Shown here one piece after another: positions 9,058 to 19,503 of a stretch of 64,000 bases of DNA; position 1 is the first letter of the stretch, and each line of letters starts with the position of its first letter. The position numbers were made by a program, and so were the translations under genes. Where the stretch lies: positions 163,122 to 227,121 of the forward strand of contig CAVSLZ010000001.1 in assembly GCA_963728865.1 (NCBI GenBank). The letters run 5' to 3'. The notes below the pieces were generated by a model. The model was not told the origin of the DNA and searched no databases. It was given only the letters and a program-made list of their open reading frames with translations. Source of the stretch: an uncultured Actinomycetota bacterium. GTDB lineage: Bacteria > Actinomycetota > Actinomycetes > Mycobacteriales > Nakamurellaceae.

Positions 9058-9290
9058 CTCGTGTCCTTCTGCGACCAGCGTGCGCGCCGAGCCCTCGCGC
9101 CGACGACGCGCCGGTCGCATCGGGTGCTCGGCCCGCCTCCTGGGCGGTCCGCGATGGCGTGGACCGGACGTCTCCGCGATGGCATGGAGACCACCTCTGC
9201 CTCCACCAACCCAAGTGGGCTATCCAACGGGCGCGAGCCGTTGGCCAAGGAGGTTGGGCCCGCGGAACGAGCCGGCGTGAACGCTAGCAG
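9058..9290 (-). ncRNA. Candidate structured 5' leader (cis-regulatory RNA)
   Basis: At least five predicted stems, including two tandem hairpins with near-identical loops (9145-9166, 9170-9191) and a stem abutting the RBS (9070-9119). Confidence 0.45.
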
Positions 9291-9608
9291 TCGACGGACG
9301 CAGCGGGCAAGACATCCCGCTGACAGCCATGTCGAAATTCACGGCCGGAATCCCAATTGGTCCCGAACTATTCTGGAGCCGGTGAACTGCCTCAGGGCCG
9401 AGTAAATGAAATGCAATCTCCAAGGCATTTCGAACTGGCCCGTCCTACCCACTTTCACCGGCCAGCTGCTGCTCCCCAGCGCATTTGGGATACTAAATGC
9501 CAGTCGGTCGGTGCTGTCGATCACTTCCACCAAAGAGCCGGGAGCGGCTACTGCAGAGAATGTCCCTGCAGCAGCCGCTCCCGCGTGATTGCCCAGTACC
9601 GGAGAAGG

Positions 9609-11159
9609 TCAGGCTGCGGCGCCCAGGTCAGCCTGACTCGTCGACAGTGCGGCCATGCGGCTCAGGTCCTGCCGCAGTAGCGCGCGCTGCTTACGCGGCG
9701 GAACGCCGTTGATGTCCTCGGTCGAGTAGCCGTAGATGCCGGTCGCCCAGGCGGCGGCGTCGAGGTTCCGGTCCAGCGCTACCCGGTTCACGTTGCCGAG
9801 GTTGTCGCAGGCCGCGTGGTAGCAGGGATCGTAGGCCTGGCCCGCGGTGCCGCCCCACAACGCGGCCTGTTCAGGCGTCTTGATGCCCTCGGCTCCGGTG
9901 AACAATCCGCCGGCGGGGATTCCCACTTCGATGAACTCGCCGTAGTCCGACCTACCGCTGAAATCGGTGCCCTGCGTCTCGATACCGAGCCGATCGGTGA
10001 AGAAATCGGTGAAGGTCTTCTCGATCTGAGCCGATCCGTATGGACCGGCGCCGGCTCCTACAGCATCGGAATCATCGCCGTCATAGACGAAGTAGGCGGC
10101 ATTGGGCGACCCGATCATGTCGAAGTTCATGTACAGCGCGACGTCGAGTTGCTGCTCGAACGTCAGGCTCTGGACGTAGGCCGTCGAGCCGAGCAGACCC
10201 AGCTCCTCGGCACCCCACCACGCGAAGCGAACCGCGTTGTTCACCTTGGGATGGGACCCGAGTTTGTGGGCGATCTCCAGCAGTGCCGCTGAGCCGGAGC
10301 CGTTGTCGTTGATGCCGGGTCCTGCCGGAACGCTGTCGAGATGGGCGCCGAGCATGACGACGTTGTTGTCCCGCCCGGTGCTCGTCTGTGCGATGACGTT
10401 GCGTAGCGTGCGGTCCTCATCGTGAGAGCGCATGTCAACCGTCGCCGGCTCACCGGGCTGAGCGGCGAGTGTCGTGCCGTCCTCCTGGCTGATCCCGCCG
10501 ACCGGAATCGGTCCTTCATTGGTGATCGTGACATTCACCAATGGACCGGGCACATTGTTGGAGATCACCGCGGCAATCGCCCCGGCCGCAGCTGCGTTGT
10601 TGCTCTTGATCTCGAAGGTGCAGCCACCGCGGCGGATCAGCGCCACCGTCCCGGTATAACTGCCCGATGCGAAGTCGGTTGCCTCGCAACCGGTCGTCGC
10701 GTCCTCCGGCACGACGGCGAGTGGTCCGGTGACACCGCCCACCGGGGTGTCAATGCTCGCAGTCATCTTGTCGATGTCGTACTCGTCGTCCCCGACGGTG
10801 AGGGAGGCGGCGTCCTCCACCTCGACGGTGTAGGTGAACTCGGGTGTCTCCACGTCGAATCCCCACTCGGTCAGCCTGTCGACCACGTAGTCGACGCTGG
10901 CGTCGTACCCGGCGCTGCTTCCCTCCGGGCTGCCGTCATCGACCGCCCGGTTGCCGCCGTTCTGCGCTGCGATCCGCTGCAGGGCGATCAGATGCCGGTT
11001 GGCGCCGGCCACGGTGACCTTCTTGACGAGTTTCTCGGCCAGCTTCGTCGGATTGTGCTTCGGCGCGGCACTCGCCGGCGCGGCCGACAATCCTCCGAGG
11101 AGCAACAGGCTGGTCATCGCGACCACCCCTACTCGTCTGCCTGCCACCGTGTGTTTCAT
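9609..11159 (-). CDS. Secreted M28 aminopeptidase with PA domain
   Basis: Signal peptide ending APASA; GAHLDSV, GINDNGSG, WGAEE, NFDM and DPCYH zinc-binding motifs; 'RGGCTF' PA domain. Confidence 0.95.
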   Translation of the reverse strand: MKHTVAGRRVGVVAMTSLLLLGGLSAAPASAAPKHNPTKLAEKLVKKVTVAGANRHLIALQRIAAQNGGNRAVDDGSPEGSSAGYDASVDYVVDRLTEWGFDVETPEFTYTVEVEDAASLTVGDDEYDIDKMTASIDTPVGGVTGPLAVVPEDATTGCEATDFASGSYTGTVALIRRGGCTFEIKSNNAAAAGAIAAVISNNVPGPLVNVTITNEGPIPVGGISQEDGTTLAAQPGEPATVDMRSHDEDRTLRNVIAQTSTGRDNNVVMLGAHLDSVPAGPGINDNGSGSAALLEIAHKLGSHPKVNNAVRFAWWGAEELGLLGSTAYVQSLTFEQQLDVALYMNFDMIGSPNAAYFVYDGDDSDAVGAGAGPYGSAQIEKTFTDFFTDRLGIETQGTDFSGRSDYGEFIEVGIPAGGLFTGAEGIKTPEQAALWGGTAGQAYDPCYHAACDNLGNVNRVALDRNLDAAAWATGIYGYSTEDINGVPPRKQRALLRQDLSRMAALSTSQADLGAAA

Positions 11160-11680
11160 CCGTGCGTCCTCCGATCGTGCCGGCTGAGCCGACCTTCGTG
11201 CTGGCTGTGACCGACGTAACACTTCCTGTGACGGGAGCGACAGTCAAGACTTTCTTCGAAGGAAGTAGGAGACAGCGGCGATCGTGACACCTCAATCGGA
11301 CAAACACGTTTCAGGAACGAAACACTGCACCGTCCGATACCACCCATTTCGTGCCTGGGTCAACCCACTCAGGGCTCCATGCGCCCGCGATGATTTTCAC
11401 CGCACCAGCAGGCCGATGGTCCGGGCGGACTCTGATCCGCCGCGAGGGCCATCACGGCTGACAGCTCGTCGACGGCCGCGGCGGACCCGCCTGTTCCGAT
11501 GCCCGGTCGGCGGGCCGTCACCATGTCGTGACCACCGGTGTGGTCTGGGTGTCGAGGCGCCCGGTGTCCATCACCGACCGGATCGCGGCGACCGGGCCTG
11601 CGCCGCCCGCAGGGAGATCGCTCTGAGGTCCGGCAGCTGTGCGCTGTCGACCGTGCCGCCACCTTCCGCTGCCAGTCGGT

Positions 11681-13465
11681 TCAGCCCGCGATGGCCTTCT
11701 CGGCCCAGCGCCGACGCAGAGCCCACGCGCTGGCCTTGGGGCGGCGATCCCTGGTGAAGATGCCCTTCTTGTTGCCGTCGACGCGGAAGAAGCCGGGGCT
11801 GGTTGCGAAGTCGGCGAAGTTCCACACCTGTTCGCCGACAACGGCGTCAACCCGGTCGAAGACCCGGTGGGACATGTCCAGGATGCTGGTCTGGTATTCC
11901 TCGGTCCACGGCGTGTCGGTGATCGAATGAATACCCGCGACGGTGTCGGCACCGTATTCGGTGATGATGATCGGTTTTCCGTCTTGGGCCCACGCGATGA
12001 GTTCCGCCTCCAACGCGCGTTCGGCCGCGGCGAGATCGCCTGGATTGACGTACCACCCGTAGTACCGATTGATCATGATGACGTCGGCGAACTGGCTGAC
12101 CTGGCACTGACCGGCGGGAGCCAGCATGACGTTGACGAACCCAACGGGCCGGCTGGGGTCCAGGTCTCTCGTCAGGTCGAAGAGCGGCTCGAAATAGTCT
12201 CGCGCAGCTACGGTGTCGGATTCGGGCTCGTTCGCGATACTCCACAGCACGACACTGGGATGGTTCTTGTCCCGGGCCACCAGTTCTCGGATCGCCTGTG
12301 CGTGGACGACCCGGCTGGCGTCGTTGATCGTGTCCTCGGAGAAGGTCGGCTGCGGTTCGCCACCGAAGATACCGCCGGCGATTCCGGTGTTGAGGCCGAC
12401 GGCCGCGACCTCGTCGATGATGACGATGCCCTTCTCGTCGGCATAGTCGAGGACCTCTTCCGCATAGGGGTAGTGCGACGTGCGGAAGGAGTTCGCGCCG
12501 ATCCATTCCATGAGCGCGAAGTCATGGACCAGATAGGCGTCGTCGTGCCCCTTCCCGCGCACCGGGGAATCTTCGTGCTTGCCGAAACCCCTGAAGTAGA
12601 AGGGTTCTCCATTGATGAGGAATTCGGTGCCGCGAACTTCGACGGTCCGGATCCCGACGCGCTGGCGGTAATGATCGCGCACCTCGCCGCCGGTGCCGAC
12701 CAGGCTCACGTCGAGGTTGTACAGATATCCGCGGCCCGGCTGCCAGCGATGCGCGTTGCGGACGGTCAGCGTGCCGACCGGACCGTCACCCGTCGCCACT
12801 GTTTTTCCGGTCGCGTCGATCAGCTCGACGACGACGTGGTGGCCGCCGACTGCCTCGACCCGGTAGTCGACGGTGCCCGTGGTGCCGTCGAGCCCGGTGA
12901 CCACGGTGACGTCGCTGACGTGGAACTGCGGTGTCCGGTACAGCGATACCGTTCGATGCAGACCCGCGTAGTTGAAGAAGTCGTGGTAGTACCGCTGGCG
13001 CCGTCCGTCCGGGGTGTTCTCGACCAGTCCCGGCGGGATGGTCTGCCAGGTGAGCTCGTTGTTCACGACGGCGGTGATCCGGTGCTGCCGACCCGGTGAG
13101 ACATAGTCGGTGACGTCGGCCTCGAACGGCGTGTATCCGCCCTCGTGCTCTGCCACCCGGACGTCGTCCACCCACACCACGGCACGATGGGTGGCCGAGT
13201 CGAACCGCAGCACGATCCGGTCGCCTGCCCAGGAGCGTGGCACCCAGACCTGTCGCTGGTACCAGGCGTCGCCGACGTGGTCGCGGACAGCGGTATCGGG
13301 GAGGATGTCGTTGTAACTGGCCGGTACCGGCATGGCGCTCGCATCGGGAAGCGCTGCACTCCACCACCGCTCGTTGCGGCCGACGCCGTCCGGGTCCAAG
13401 GCGAAGTCCCACAGACCGTTGAGTGGTCTGAGTTCGCGGGTCGGGCCGTCCTGGGGGCGAAGCAT
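11681..13465 (-). CDS. uidA: Beta-glucuronidase (GH2)
   Basis: NSFRTSHYPY, WSIANEP, ITEYGAD and the GUS-specific GNKKG motif; GGAGG RBS. Confidence 0.96.
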   Translation of the reverse strand: MLRPQDGPTRELRPLNGLWDFALDPDGVGRNERWWSAALPDASAMPVPASYNDILPDTAVRDHVGDAWYQRQVWVPRSWAGDRIVLRFDSATHRAVVWVDDVRVAEHEGGYTPFEADVTDYVSPGRQHRITAVVNNELTWQTIPPGLVENTPDGRRQRYYHDFFNYAGLHRTVSLYRTPQFHVSDVTVVTGLDGTTGTVDYRVEAVGGHHVVVELIDATGKTVATGDGPVGTLTVRNAHRWQPGRGYLYNLDVSLVGTGGEVRDHYRQRVGIRTVEVRGTEFLINGEPFYFRGFGKHEDSPVRGKGHDDAYLVHDFALMEWIGANSFRTSHYPYAEEVLDYADEKGIVIIDEVAAVGLNTGIAGGIFGGEPQPTFSEDTINDASRVVHAQAIRELVARDKNHPSVVLWSIANEPESDTVAARDYFEPLFDLTRDLDPSRPVGFVNVMLAPAGQCQVSQFADVIMINRYYGWYVNPGDLAAAERALEAELIAWAQDGKPIIITEYGADTVAGIHSITDTPWTEEYQTSILDMSHRVFDRVDAVVGEQVWNFADFATSPGFFRVDGNKKGIFTRDRRPKASAWALRRRWAEKAIAG

Positions 13466-13565
13466 GATGTCCTCCAATAGAAGTGGGTGTGGCGAAAGAG
13501 CTGGCGGTCGAGGGAGTTCTGATCGAAGTGGGTGGCGGCGAGTGACAGATCAGGTCATTCCGGCG

Positions 13566-14984
13566 TCACTCCGCGGACAGCTGCAGGCTCAGGTTCAGCA
13601 CCGCGGCGACGACCTGGGTGTCGGAGGCCAGCTCGTCGTCCAGGTAGCCGACAACAGCGCGGACCGCGTCCGGCAGCGGCCCGGCGGCGAGCGCGACGAC
13701 CTGGTCCGCGGCGGTGTCCTTGACGGGTGCGCCGGCTCCGCGGAGGTGGTTGACCCACACCGCCAGCACGCGCAGCGCCGCCGTCGGCAGCCGACCCTGT
13801 GCGCGTTCCCGACGAATGGTCGGCACGATTCGGACCGGTAGTTTCTGTGAGCCGTCCGCGGCGATCTGCGCCAGCAGATGCCGGATCCGGGGATTGGCGA
13901 ACCGCTCCAGCAGGGCCGCCCGGTAGGCGGAGACCTCCGGCTCCGGCAGGGTGAGGTGCGCGGACGCCTCAGACCACCACTGCAGCAACCAGTCGCGGCA
14001 GACCGGATCGGTGACTGCCTCGGCGATGGTCAGGTGGCCGCGGGCACTTCCGGCGTAGGCGAGCAGCGAGTGGCCGCCGTTCAGGAGCCAGAGTTTGCGC
14101 TCCTCGAACGGGGTGATGTCGTCGACGAACCTGGCCCCGGCGTCCTCCCATGCGGGTCTGCCGCGCGGGAAGTCCCCGGACAGCACCCACTCGGTGAAGG
14201 GCTCCGTGACGACCGGCGCCGCATCGGCCCTGCCGGTGAGCGCCTCTGCGGCAGCGGCATCGTCGGCGGTCGTGGCCGGCGTGATCCGGTCGACCATCGT
14301 GGTGACGAACGAGACGTGCTGGCCGATCCAGTCCGCGAGGGTCGGATCCAGCAACGCCGCGAATTCGGTGACCACTCTGGCGGCAGCGGCACCGTTCTCG
14401 GGCAGGTTGTCGCACGACACCACGGCCAGTGGACCCGCCCCGGCGGCACGCCGGGCCGCCAATCCTGCCACCAGTCGGCCGGGTGTGGTCATGACCGCAG
14501 CAACCGCGGTACCGCGCAAGGCCGCCACGTCGGCCTGGATGTCGGGATGCCCGGTGTCCAGTCCGCCGGCGGCACCGCGGACGTATCCGGCCTCGGTCAC
14601 GGTCAACGTGACGATCCGGACGTCGGGGTCGGCCAGGTAGCCCAGCCAGGCTGTCGCGTCCGGGCCGGGGTGGGCCGCCGACACGCTGCCGACGACCTCG
14701 CAGGAGTCACCGGTGGCCGCGCGGGTGATCAGTGTGTACAGGCCGTCCTGAGCGGTCAGCGCGTCGGCGAGCGCGGTCGACCGGCCGGTGAAGGCGGCGA
14801 TCCCCCACTCGGCGGCGTCCGAGGCGTTCCCGGTGTACCAGGCCTGGTGCGCCCGGAAGAAGTTGCCCAACCCCAGATGCAGGATCCGGACAGGTGCGGC
14901 CGGTGCGGCGTCGCCGCCCTCGCGGGACAACGTCGGCACGGGGTGCGTGTCGGTGTGGGTCTGTGCAGCGGCGGAGATCGTCAT
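13566..14984 (-). CDS. uxuB: Mannitol dehydrogenase family; D-fructuronate reductase
   Basis: HLGLGNFFRAHQA, LTVTEAGY, SCDN, MVDRITP, KLWLLNGGHS, DGSQKL; coupled to uxaC (ATGA overlap). Confidence 0.88.
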   Translation of the reverse strand: MTISAAAQTHTDTHPVPTLSREGGDAAPAAPVRILHLGLGNFFRAHQAWYTGNASDAAEWGIAAFTGRSTALADALTAQDGLYTLITRAATGDSCEVVGSVSAAHPGPDATAWLGYLADPDVRIVTLTVTEAGYVRGAAGGLDTGHPDIQADVAALRGTAVAAVMTTPGRLVAGLAARRAAGAGPLAVVSCDNLPENGAAAARVVTEFAALLDPTLADWIGQHVSFVTTMVDRITPATTADDAAAAEALTGRADAAPVVTEPFTEWVLSGDFPRGRPAWEDAGARFVDDITPFEERKLWLLNGGHSLLAYAGSARGHLTIAEAVTDPVCRDWLLQWWSEASAHLTLPEPEVSAYRAALLERFANPRIRHLLAQIAADGSQKLPVRIVPTIRRERAQGRLPTAALRVLAVWVNHLRGAGAPVKDTAADQVVALAAGPLPDAVRAVVGYLDDELASDTQVVAAVLNLSLQLSAE

Positions 14985-16402
14985 AGTTTGAACACCTTTC
15001 GGGGCTGGTCGGCGACGAGACCGATGAGGCTGTCGAGCGCTTCGTCCTCGTCAAGGCGGTGCTCGGCGACAAGGCCGGCCAGGAAGCCGGCGTCGAGACG
15101 ACGAGACATGTCGTGCCGCGCGGGAATGGAGCAGAACGCGCGGGTGTCGTCGATGAATCCGGACAGCCTGGAGAAGCCGGCGATCTCGGTCACCGACTGC
15201 TGGAAGGACCTGATCTCCGACGGGTTGTCGAGGAACCACCACGGGGCTCCCGCGTAGACCGACGGGTAGAAGCCTGCCAACGGGGCGATCTCCCGGCTGA
15301 ACACGTCGGCGTCCAGCGTGAACAGCACGAGGTGCAGGTTCGGATGCGTGCCGTACCGCTCCAGCAACGGCTGGAGCGCCTTGGTGAACTCCACCGCGAC
15401 CGGGATGTCGTGGCCGGTGTCCGCCCCGTACCTGGCGAGGGTCGACGGGTGGTGGTTGCGGTACACCCCCGGATGCAGGGTCATCACCAGCCCGTCGTCA
15501 CAGGACATCCTGGCCATCTCCAGCACCATGTGGCGGCGGAAGGCGGTGGCCTCCTCGTCGGTGACCCGCCCGTTCATGGCTCGGTAGTAGATGCGGTGCG
15601 CGTCAGCGGCTTCCAGGGGTTCCGCGGCGGCATCGAGGTGACTGTGGTCGGCGGAGGTGGCGCCGTGGGAGATGAAGAACCGGCGCCGTTCCTCCAGCGC
15701 CTGGATGTAGCCGGCGTACTCGCCCACATCGACCTGGGCTGCGGCGCCGAGGCCCTTGACCGCGTCGATCCAGTCGGACCGTCCGGCCTCCAGGTACCGG
15801 TCGGGCCGGAACGTCGGAATCACCCTGGTCGGAAACGTCGCATCCTGCGCGATCGCCGCGTGCGCCGCCAGATCGTCCGCGGGATCGTCGGTGGTGGCCA
15901 TCACCGAGATGCCGAACCTGGCCAGCAACGCGCGGGGCCGGAAGGAGTCCTCGGCCAGGTGTGCGCTGATCTGGTCGTAGAGCAGGTCAGCGTTCTCGGC
16001 GCTCGGCCGCTGAGTGACGCCGAAGATGTCGCCGAGTTCGCTGTCGAACCAGTAACGGACCGGGGTAGCGCGGAAGATCCGCCAGTTCGCGCACAGCAAC
16101 CGCCAGGCCTTGCGAGCCTGCGGCTCGGGCAGCGGCCCCTCGCCCACACCGAGGTCGGCCGGTGAGATCCCGTTGGCGTGCAGCAACCGGGTGACGTAGT
16201 GATCGGGCTGCAACAGCAGACTGGTGGGGTCGGTGAACGGCGTGTCCTCCAACAGCACTCGCGGATCGACGTGCCCGTGCGGGGAGATGATGGGCCGGTC
16301 CCGGACCTCCTCGTAGAGCCGCATCGCGATACCGCGGACACTCGGGTCGGCCGGCATCAACCGGGCGGGGTGCAGGGTCAACGGAGCGGTGTCGGCTGGC
16401 AT
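14981..16402 (-). CDS. uxaC: Glucuronate isomerase
   Basis: IISPHGH, PDHY, TTDDP, PTFRPD, GAPWWFLD, FIDDTRAFCSIPARHD. Confidence 0.96.
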   Translation of the reverse strand: MPADTAPLTLHPARLMPADPSVRGIAMRLYEEVRDRPIISPHGHVDPRVLLEDTPFTDPTSLLLQPDHYVTRLLHANGISPADLGVGEGPLPEPQARKAWRLLCANWRIFRATPVRYWFDSELGDIFGVTQRPSAENADLLYDQISAHLAEDSFRPRALLARFGISVMATTDDPADDLAAHAAIAQDATFPTRVIPTFRPDRYLEAGRSDWIDAVKGLGAAAQVDVGEYAGYIQALEERRRFFISHGATSADHSHLDAAAEPLEAADAHRIYYRAMNGRVTDEEATAFRRHMVLEMARMSCDDGLVMTLHPGVYRNHHPSTLARYGADTGHDIPVAVEFTKALQPLLERYGTHPNLHLVLFTLDADVFSREIAPLAGFYPSVYAGAPWWFLDNPSEIRSFQQSVTEIAGFSRLSGFIDDTRAFCSIPARHDMSRRLDAGFLAGLVAEHRLDEDEALDSLIGLVADQPRKVFKL

Positions 16403-16433
16403 GTCACCACTGTCGCCGGGCGGGCACCGGCGG

Positions 16434-16457
16434 GGCAATCGGTTGCCGTCTGTTGCC
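16434..16457. promoter_or_regulatory. LacI-type operator 1 (uxaC / larA divergent region)
   Basis: GGCAATCGGTTGCC palindrome plus adjacent half-site GTCTGTTGCC. Confidence 0.8.
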
Positions 16458-16501
16458 ACGGACTCTTGCCCAACCAGCAGCGAACCGTGCAGGGTGCAGC
16501 C

Positions 16502-17800
16502 ATGACCGACACCATCGACACAGTCGACACCGTTGCCGAACTCGCCGGCGCGGCCGCCCTGATCGGCGGCCCGGACCAGGTCCTGGCTGACGACGCAGTC
16601 CGCCAGTTCGTCGCACAATCCCTTGCCGCAGAGGACTTCGACGGGCGCAGCGTATGCGTGATCGTCCCCGACGGGACGCGCAGCTGTCCCCTGCCGCTGC
16701 TGCTCTCGTCAGTGCAGGAGTCGCTGCACGGCAGGGCTTCCCGGGTGACCGTCTTGATCGCGCTCGGCACGCACGCCGCGATGAGCGACGAGCATCTGGC
16801 CGGGCACCTCGGGTACGCCGAACGGGGGCTGGCCGCGACCTACCCGGGCATGACGGTGCTCAACCACGAGTGGTGGAAGCCGGAGACCTTCACCTCACTC
16901 GGCCCGATCAGTGCGGACCGGGTCGCCGAACTCTCCGACGGCCGGTTCCACCAGTCGGTGGAGGTGGTGCTGAACCGCGCCGTCGTCGACCACGATGTCT
17001 CGCTCGTGGTCGGACCGGTCTTCCCGCACGAGGTGGTCGGGTTCTCCGGTGGCAACAAGTACTTCTTTCCCGGGGTGGCCGGCCCCGAGGTCATCGACTT
17101 CTCGCACTGGCTGGGCGCGCTCATCACCAGCGCGGACATCATCGGCACCCGGGGGATCACGCCGGTCCGGGCGCTCATCAACGAGGCCGCCTCGATGATC
17201 CCCAGCCGGCGGCTCGCGCTGTGTCTGGTCGCCCAGTCCGGGACCGGCGCACTGCATGCGGCGTCGTTCGGTGCACCGGAGGCGGCGTGGGCCGCCTGCG
17301 CGCAGGTATCGGCCGAGACCCACGTGAAATACCTGGACGCCCCGGTGCGGCGGGTGCTGTCGGTGATTCCCGCGAAGTACGAGGACATGTGGACCGGGGC
17401 GAAGGGCTTCTACAAGGTGGAGCCGGTCGTTGCCGACGGCGGGCAGGTCATCCTCTACGCCCCGCACATCACCCAGATCTCCGTCATGCACCCGGTCATC
17501 CAGGAAATCGGCTACCACTGCAGGGACTATTTCCTCGGCCAGTGGGACCGCTTTTCGCACTACCACTGGGGGGATCTGGCCCATTCCACCCACCTCTACG
17601 GCGCCGGCAGCTGGGACCCGGAGAACGGAGAGCACGGCCGGGTCACGGTGACCCTCGCGACCGGAATCCCCGAGGAACAGACCCGCGCCGCGAATCTCGA
17701 CTATCTCGATCCCGCCTTGGTCGACATCGATGCCATGACAGCCGACTCGGACACGCTGGTTTTGCCGCAGGCAGGTGAGGTGCTCTACCGCCTGCGCTGA
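16502..17800 (+). CDS. larA: LarA-superfamily nickel-pincer-dependent 2-hydroxyacid racemase/epimerase
   Basis: PDGTRS, ALGTH, PHEVVGFSGGNK and FSHWLG match the DxTR, His, His/Lys and Ni-ligand His pattern of LarA; larBCE nearby. Confidence 0.92.
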   Translation: MTDTIDTVDTVAELAGAAALIGGPDQVLADDAVRQFVAQSLAAEDFDGRSVCVIVPDGTRSCPLPLLLSSVQESLHGRASRVTVLIALGTHAAMSDEHLAGHLGYAERGLAATYPGMTVLNHEWWKPETFTSLGPISADRVAELSDGRFHQSVEVVLNRAVVDHDVSLVVGPVFPHEVVGFSGGNKYFFPGVAGPEVIDFSHWLGALITSADIIGTRGITPVRALINEAASMIPSRRLALCLVAQSGTGALHAASFGAPEAAWAACAQVSAETHVKYLDAPVRRVLSVIPAKYEDMWTGAKGFYKVEPVVADGGQVILYAPHITQISVMHPVIQEIGYHCRDYFLGQWDRFSHYHWGDLAHSTHLYGAGSWDPENGEHGRVTVTLATGIPEEQTRAANLDYLDPALVDIDAMTADSDTLVLPQAGEVLYRLR

Positions 17801-17858
17801 CGGTGCTCCTCCGAAAATGACGAAGCGAAACCGGAGGTCGCAGCGGAAACAGAACGCA

Positions 17859-17882
17859 GGCAACTGATGGCAACCGATTGCT
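17859..17882. promoter_or_regulatory. LacI-type operator 2 (upstream of the glucuronide permease)
   Basis: GGCAACTGAT-GGCAACCGATTGCT. Confidence 0.8.
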
Positions 17883-17957
17883 ACGCCCGGCGGGCCGCGC
17901 CCATTCTTCTTCCACCAGCGCGGCACCGCGCGACTCGGACCCACACAGAGGTGGAAG

Positions 17958-19430
17958 ATGACGACAACCATGGAGACACCGATCCCCCGAATCGACGCCG
18001 CGAAACGCAAGCTGGGCATCCGATCGGTGATCGGCTATGGCGCAGGGGATTTCGCCAACAATCTCGCGTTCAGCCTGAGCACGACATTCCTCCTGCTGTA
18101 TTACACCGACGTCGTCGGATTGCCCGCCGCGGCGATCGGCACCATGTTCCTGATCGTCCGGCTGTGGGACGCCTTCGCAGACCTGTTCGCCGGCCGCATG
18201 ATCGACCGCACGATGACCCGGTGGGGCAAATTCCGGCCCTTCATTCTGTTCGGCTCCATTCCGCTGCTGGTGATGAGCGTCCTCACCTTCTACGTCCCGA
18301 AAGGCTGGGACGGCGGCGCCCAGCTGATGTACGCCTACCTGACCTATGCGGTCCTCGGCCTCATCTACTCGATGGTCAACGTCCCGTACGGCTCGCTGGC
18401 CACCGCGATGACGCAGGTGTCCCGTGAGCGGGCCAAGCTCGCCGTGGCGCGTGGTCTGGGTGCGGGTCTCGGCGGTCTGCTGCTGACCTTCATCATCGCG
18501 CCGCAGATCCAGGGCATCGCGAAGAACACGGCCCTGTCCGCCGAGGACCGCGCCGACCAACTGCAGACGGTGTTCCTGACCACCACGCTGGCCTTTGTCG
18601 CACTCGGTTTCGCGCTGTACTTCCTGACGTTCCTGTGGTGCAAAGAGGTCGTGGTCCGCATCGAGCCGCGGGTCGGCATCAAGGACACCTTCAGGACACT
18701 GAAGAGCAACAAGCCGCTGGGCATCCTCTGCGCCTCGAGCTTCTTCTACCTGATCGGACTCTTCGCCGTCGGCGGTGCCACCGCTTTCTACGCAATCTAT
18801 GTGCTGGGCGATGCGAAGTACATCATCTGGATGACCCTGGTGACCGTTGCGGTGCAATTCGCGGTCGCGCCGTTCGTCCCGTGGCTGGTCACCCGATTCG
18901 GGAAGAAAAACCTGTATCAGTACTGCGGGCTCTTCACCGTCATCGGCGGCATCGCGCTCTTCTTCGTCCCGGCAAGCCTCCCGTTGCTGGCGCTGCTGTG
19001 CGTCGCCGTCAAGGGTTTCGGTGTCCAGCTGATCAACACCCTGATGTTCGCTCTCGAGGCCGACACCGTCGAGTACGGGGAGTGGAAGACCGGGCAGCGT
19101 ACCGAGGGTGCGACCTATGCGATCTTCTCCTTCACCCGAAAGATCACCCAGTCCATCGGCGGCGCGCTCGGGGCATTCGCCCTGGCCATCGGCGGGTACG
19201 TCACCAAGCTCGCGGCCGGCGAGGTGCAGCCCGACAGCGCCATCACGGCGATCAAGGCCTCCATCGGCCTGGTGCCGGCGGCGGCGGCCATTCTCGCGAT
19301 GCTCGCCTTCATCGCCTACCCGCTGACCGAGAAGAAGTACCGGGACATCGTCGCCGAGAACGACGCGCGCAAGCAGAAGTTCCTGGAGGAGCAGAACATC
19401 GCCACCGTGCCGATCCCGCCGGGCATCTGA
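17958..19430 (+). CDS. uidB: GPH-family cation symporter, glucuronide permease-like
   Basis: YGAGDFANN, DRTMTRWGKFRPF, NVPYGSL, ADTVEYGEWKTGQRTEG; next to uidA. Confidence 0.85.
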   Translation: MTTTMETPIPRIDAAKRKLGIRSVIGYGAGDFANNLAFSLSTTFLLLYYTDVVGLPAAAIGTMFLIVRLWDAFADLFAGRMIDRTMTRWGKFRPFILFGSIPLLVMSVLTFYVPKGWDGGAQLMYAYLTYAVLGLIYSMVNVPYGSLATAMTQVSRERAKLAVARGLGAGLGGLLLTFIIAPQIQGIAKNTALSAEDRADQLQTVFLTTTLAFVALGFALYFLTFLWCKEVVVRIEPRVGIKDTFRTLKSNKPLGILCASSFFYLIGLFAVGGATAFYAIYVLGDAKYIIWMTLVTVAVQFAVAPFVPWLVTRFGKKNLYQYCGLFTVIGGIALFFVPASLPLLALLCVAVKGFGVQLINTLMFALEADTVEYGEWKTGQRTEGATYAIFSFTRKITQSIGGALGAFALAIGGYVTKLAAGEVQPDSAITAIKASIGLVPAAAAILAMLAFIAYPLTEKKYRDIVAENDARKQKFLEEQNIATVPIPPGI

Positions 19431-19503
19431 CAGGTCTTCGCCCCGAGCCCCACTCCGTGAGCGCCGAGAACCCAAGGGAGACAGACAGCGTGACGGGCAC
19501 CGA

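Noticed and set aside
9339-9600. Short ORFs in a lower-GC intergenic patch (e.g. 9406..9588)
   Set aside because: No recognisable motif, RBS or typical codon pattern
11230-11680. Several overlapping ORFs between the aminopeptidase and uidA
   Set aside because: Arg/Pro-rich translations typical of non-coding high-GC DNA
14981-16402. UxaC substituting for the missing IolB
   Set aside because: Uronate isomerase chelates its metal through the substrate C5 hydroxyl, which 5-deoxyglucuronate lacks, and it is in a different regulon
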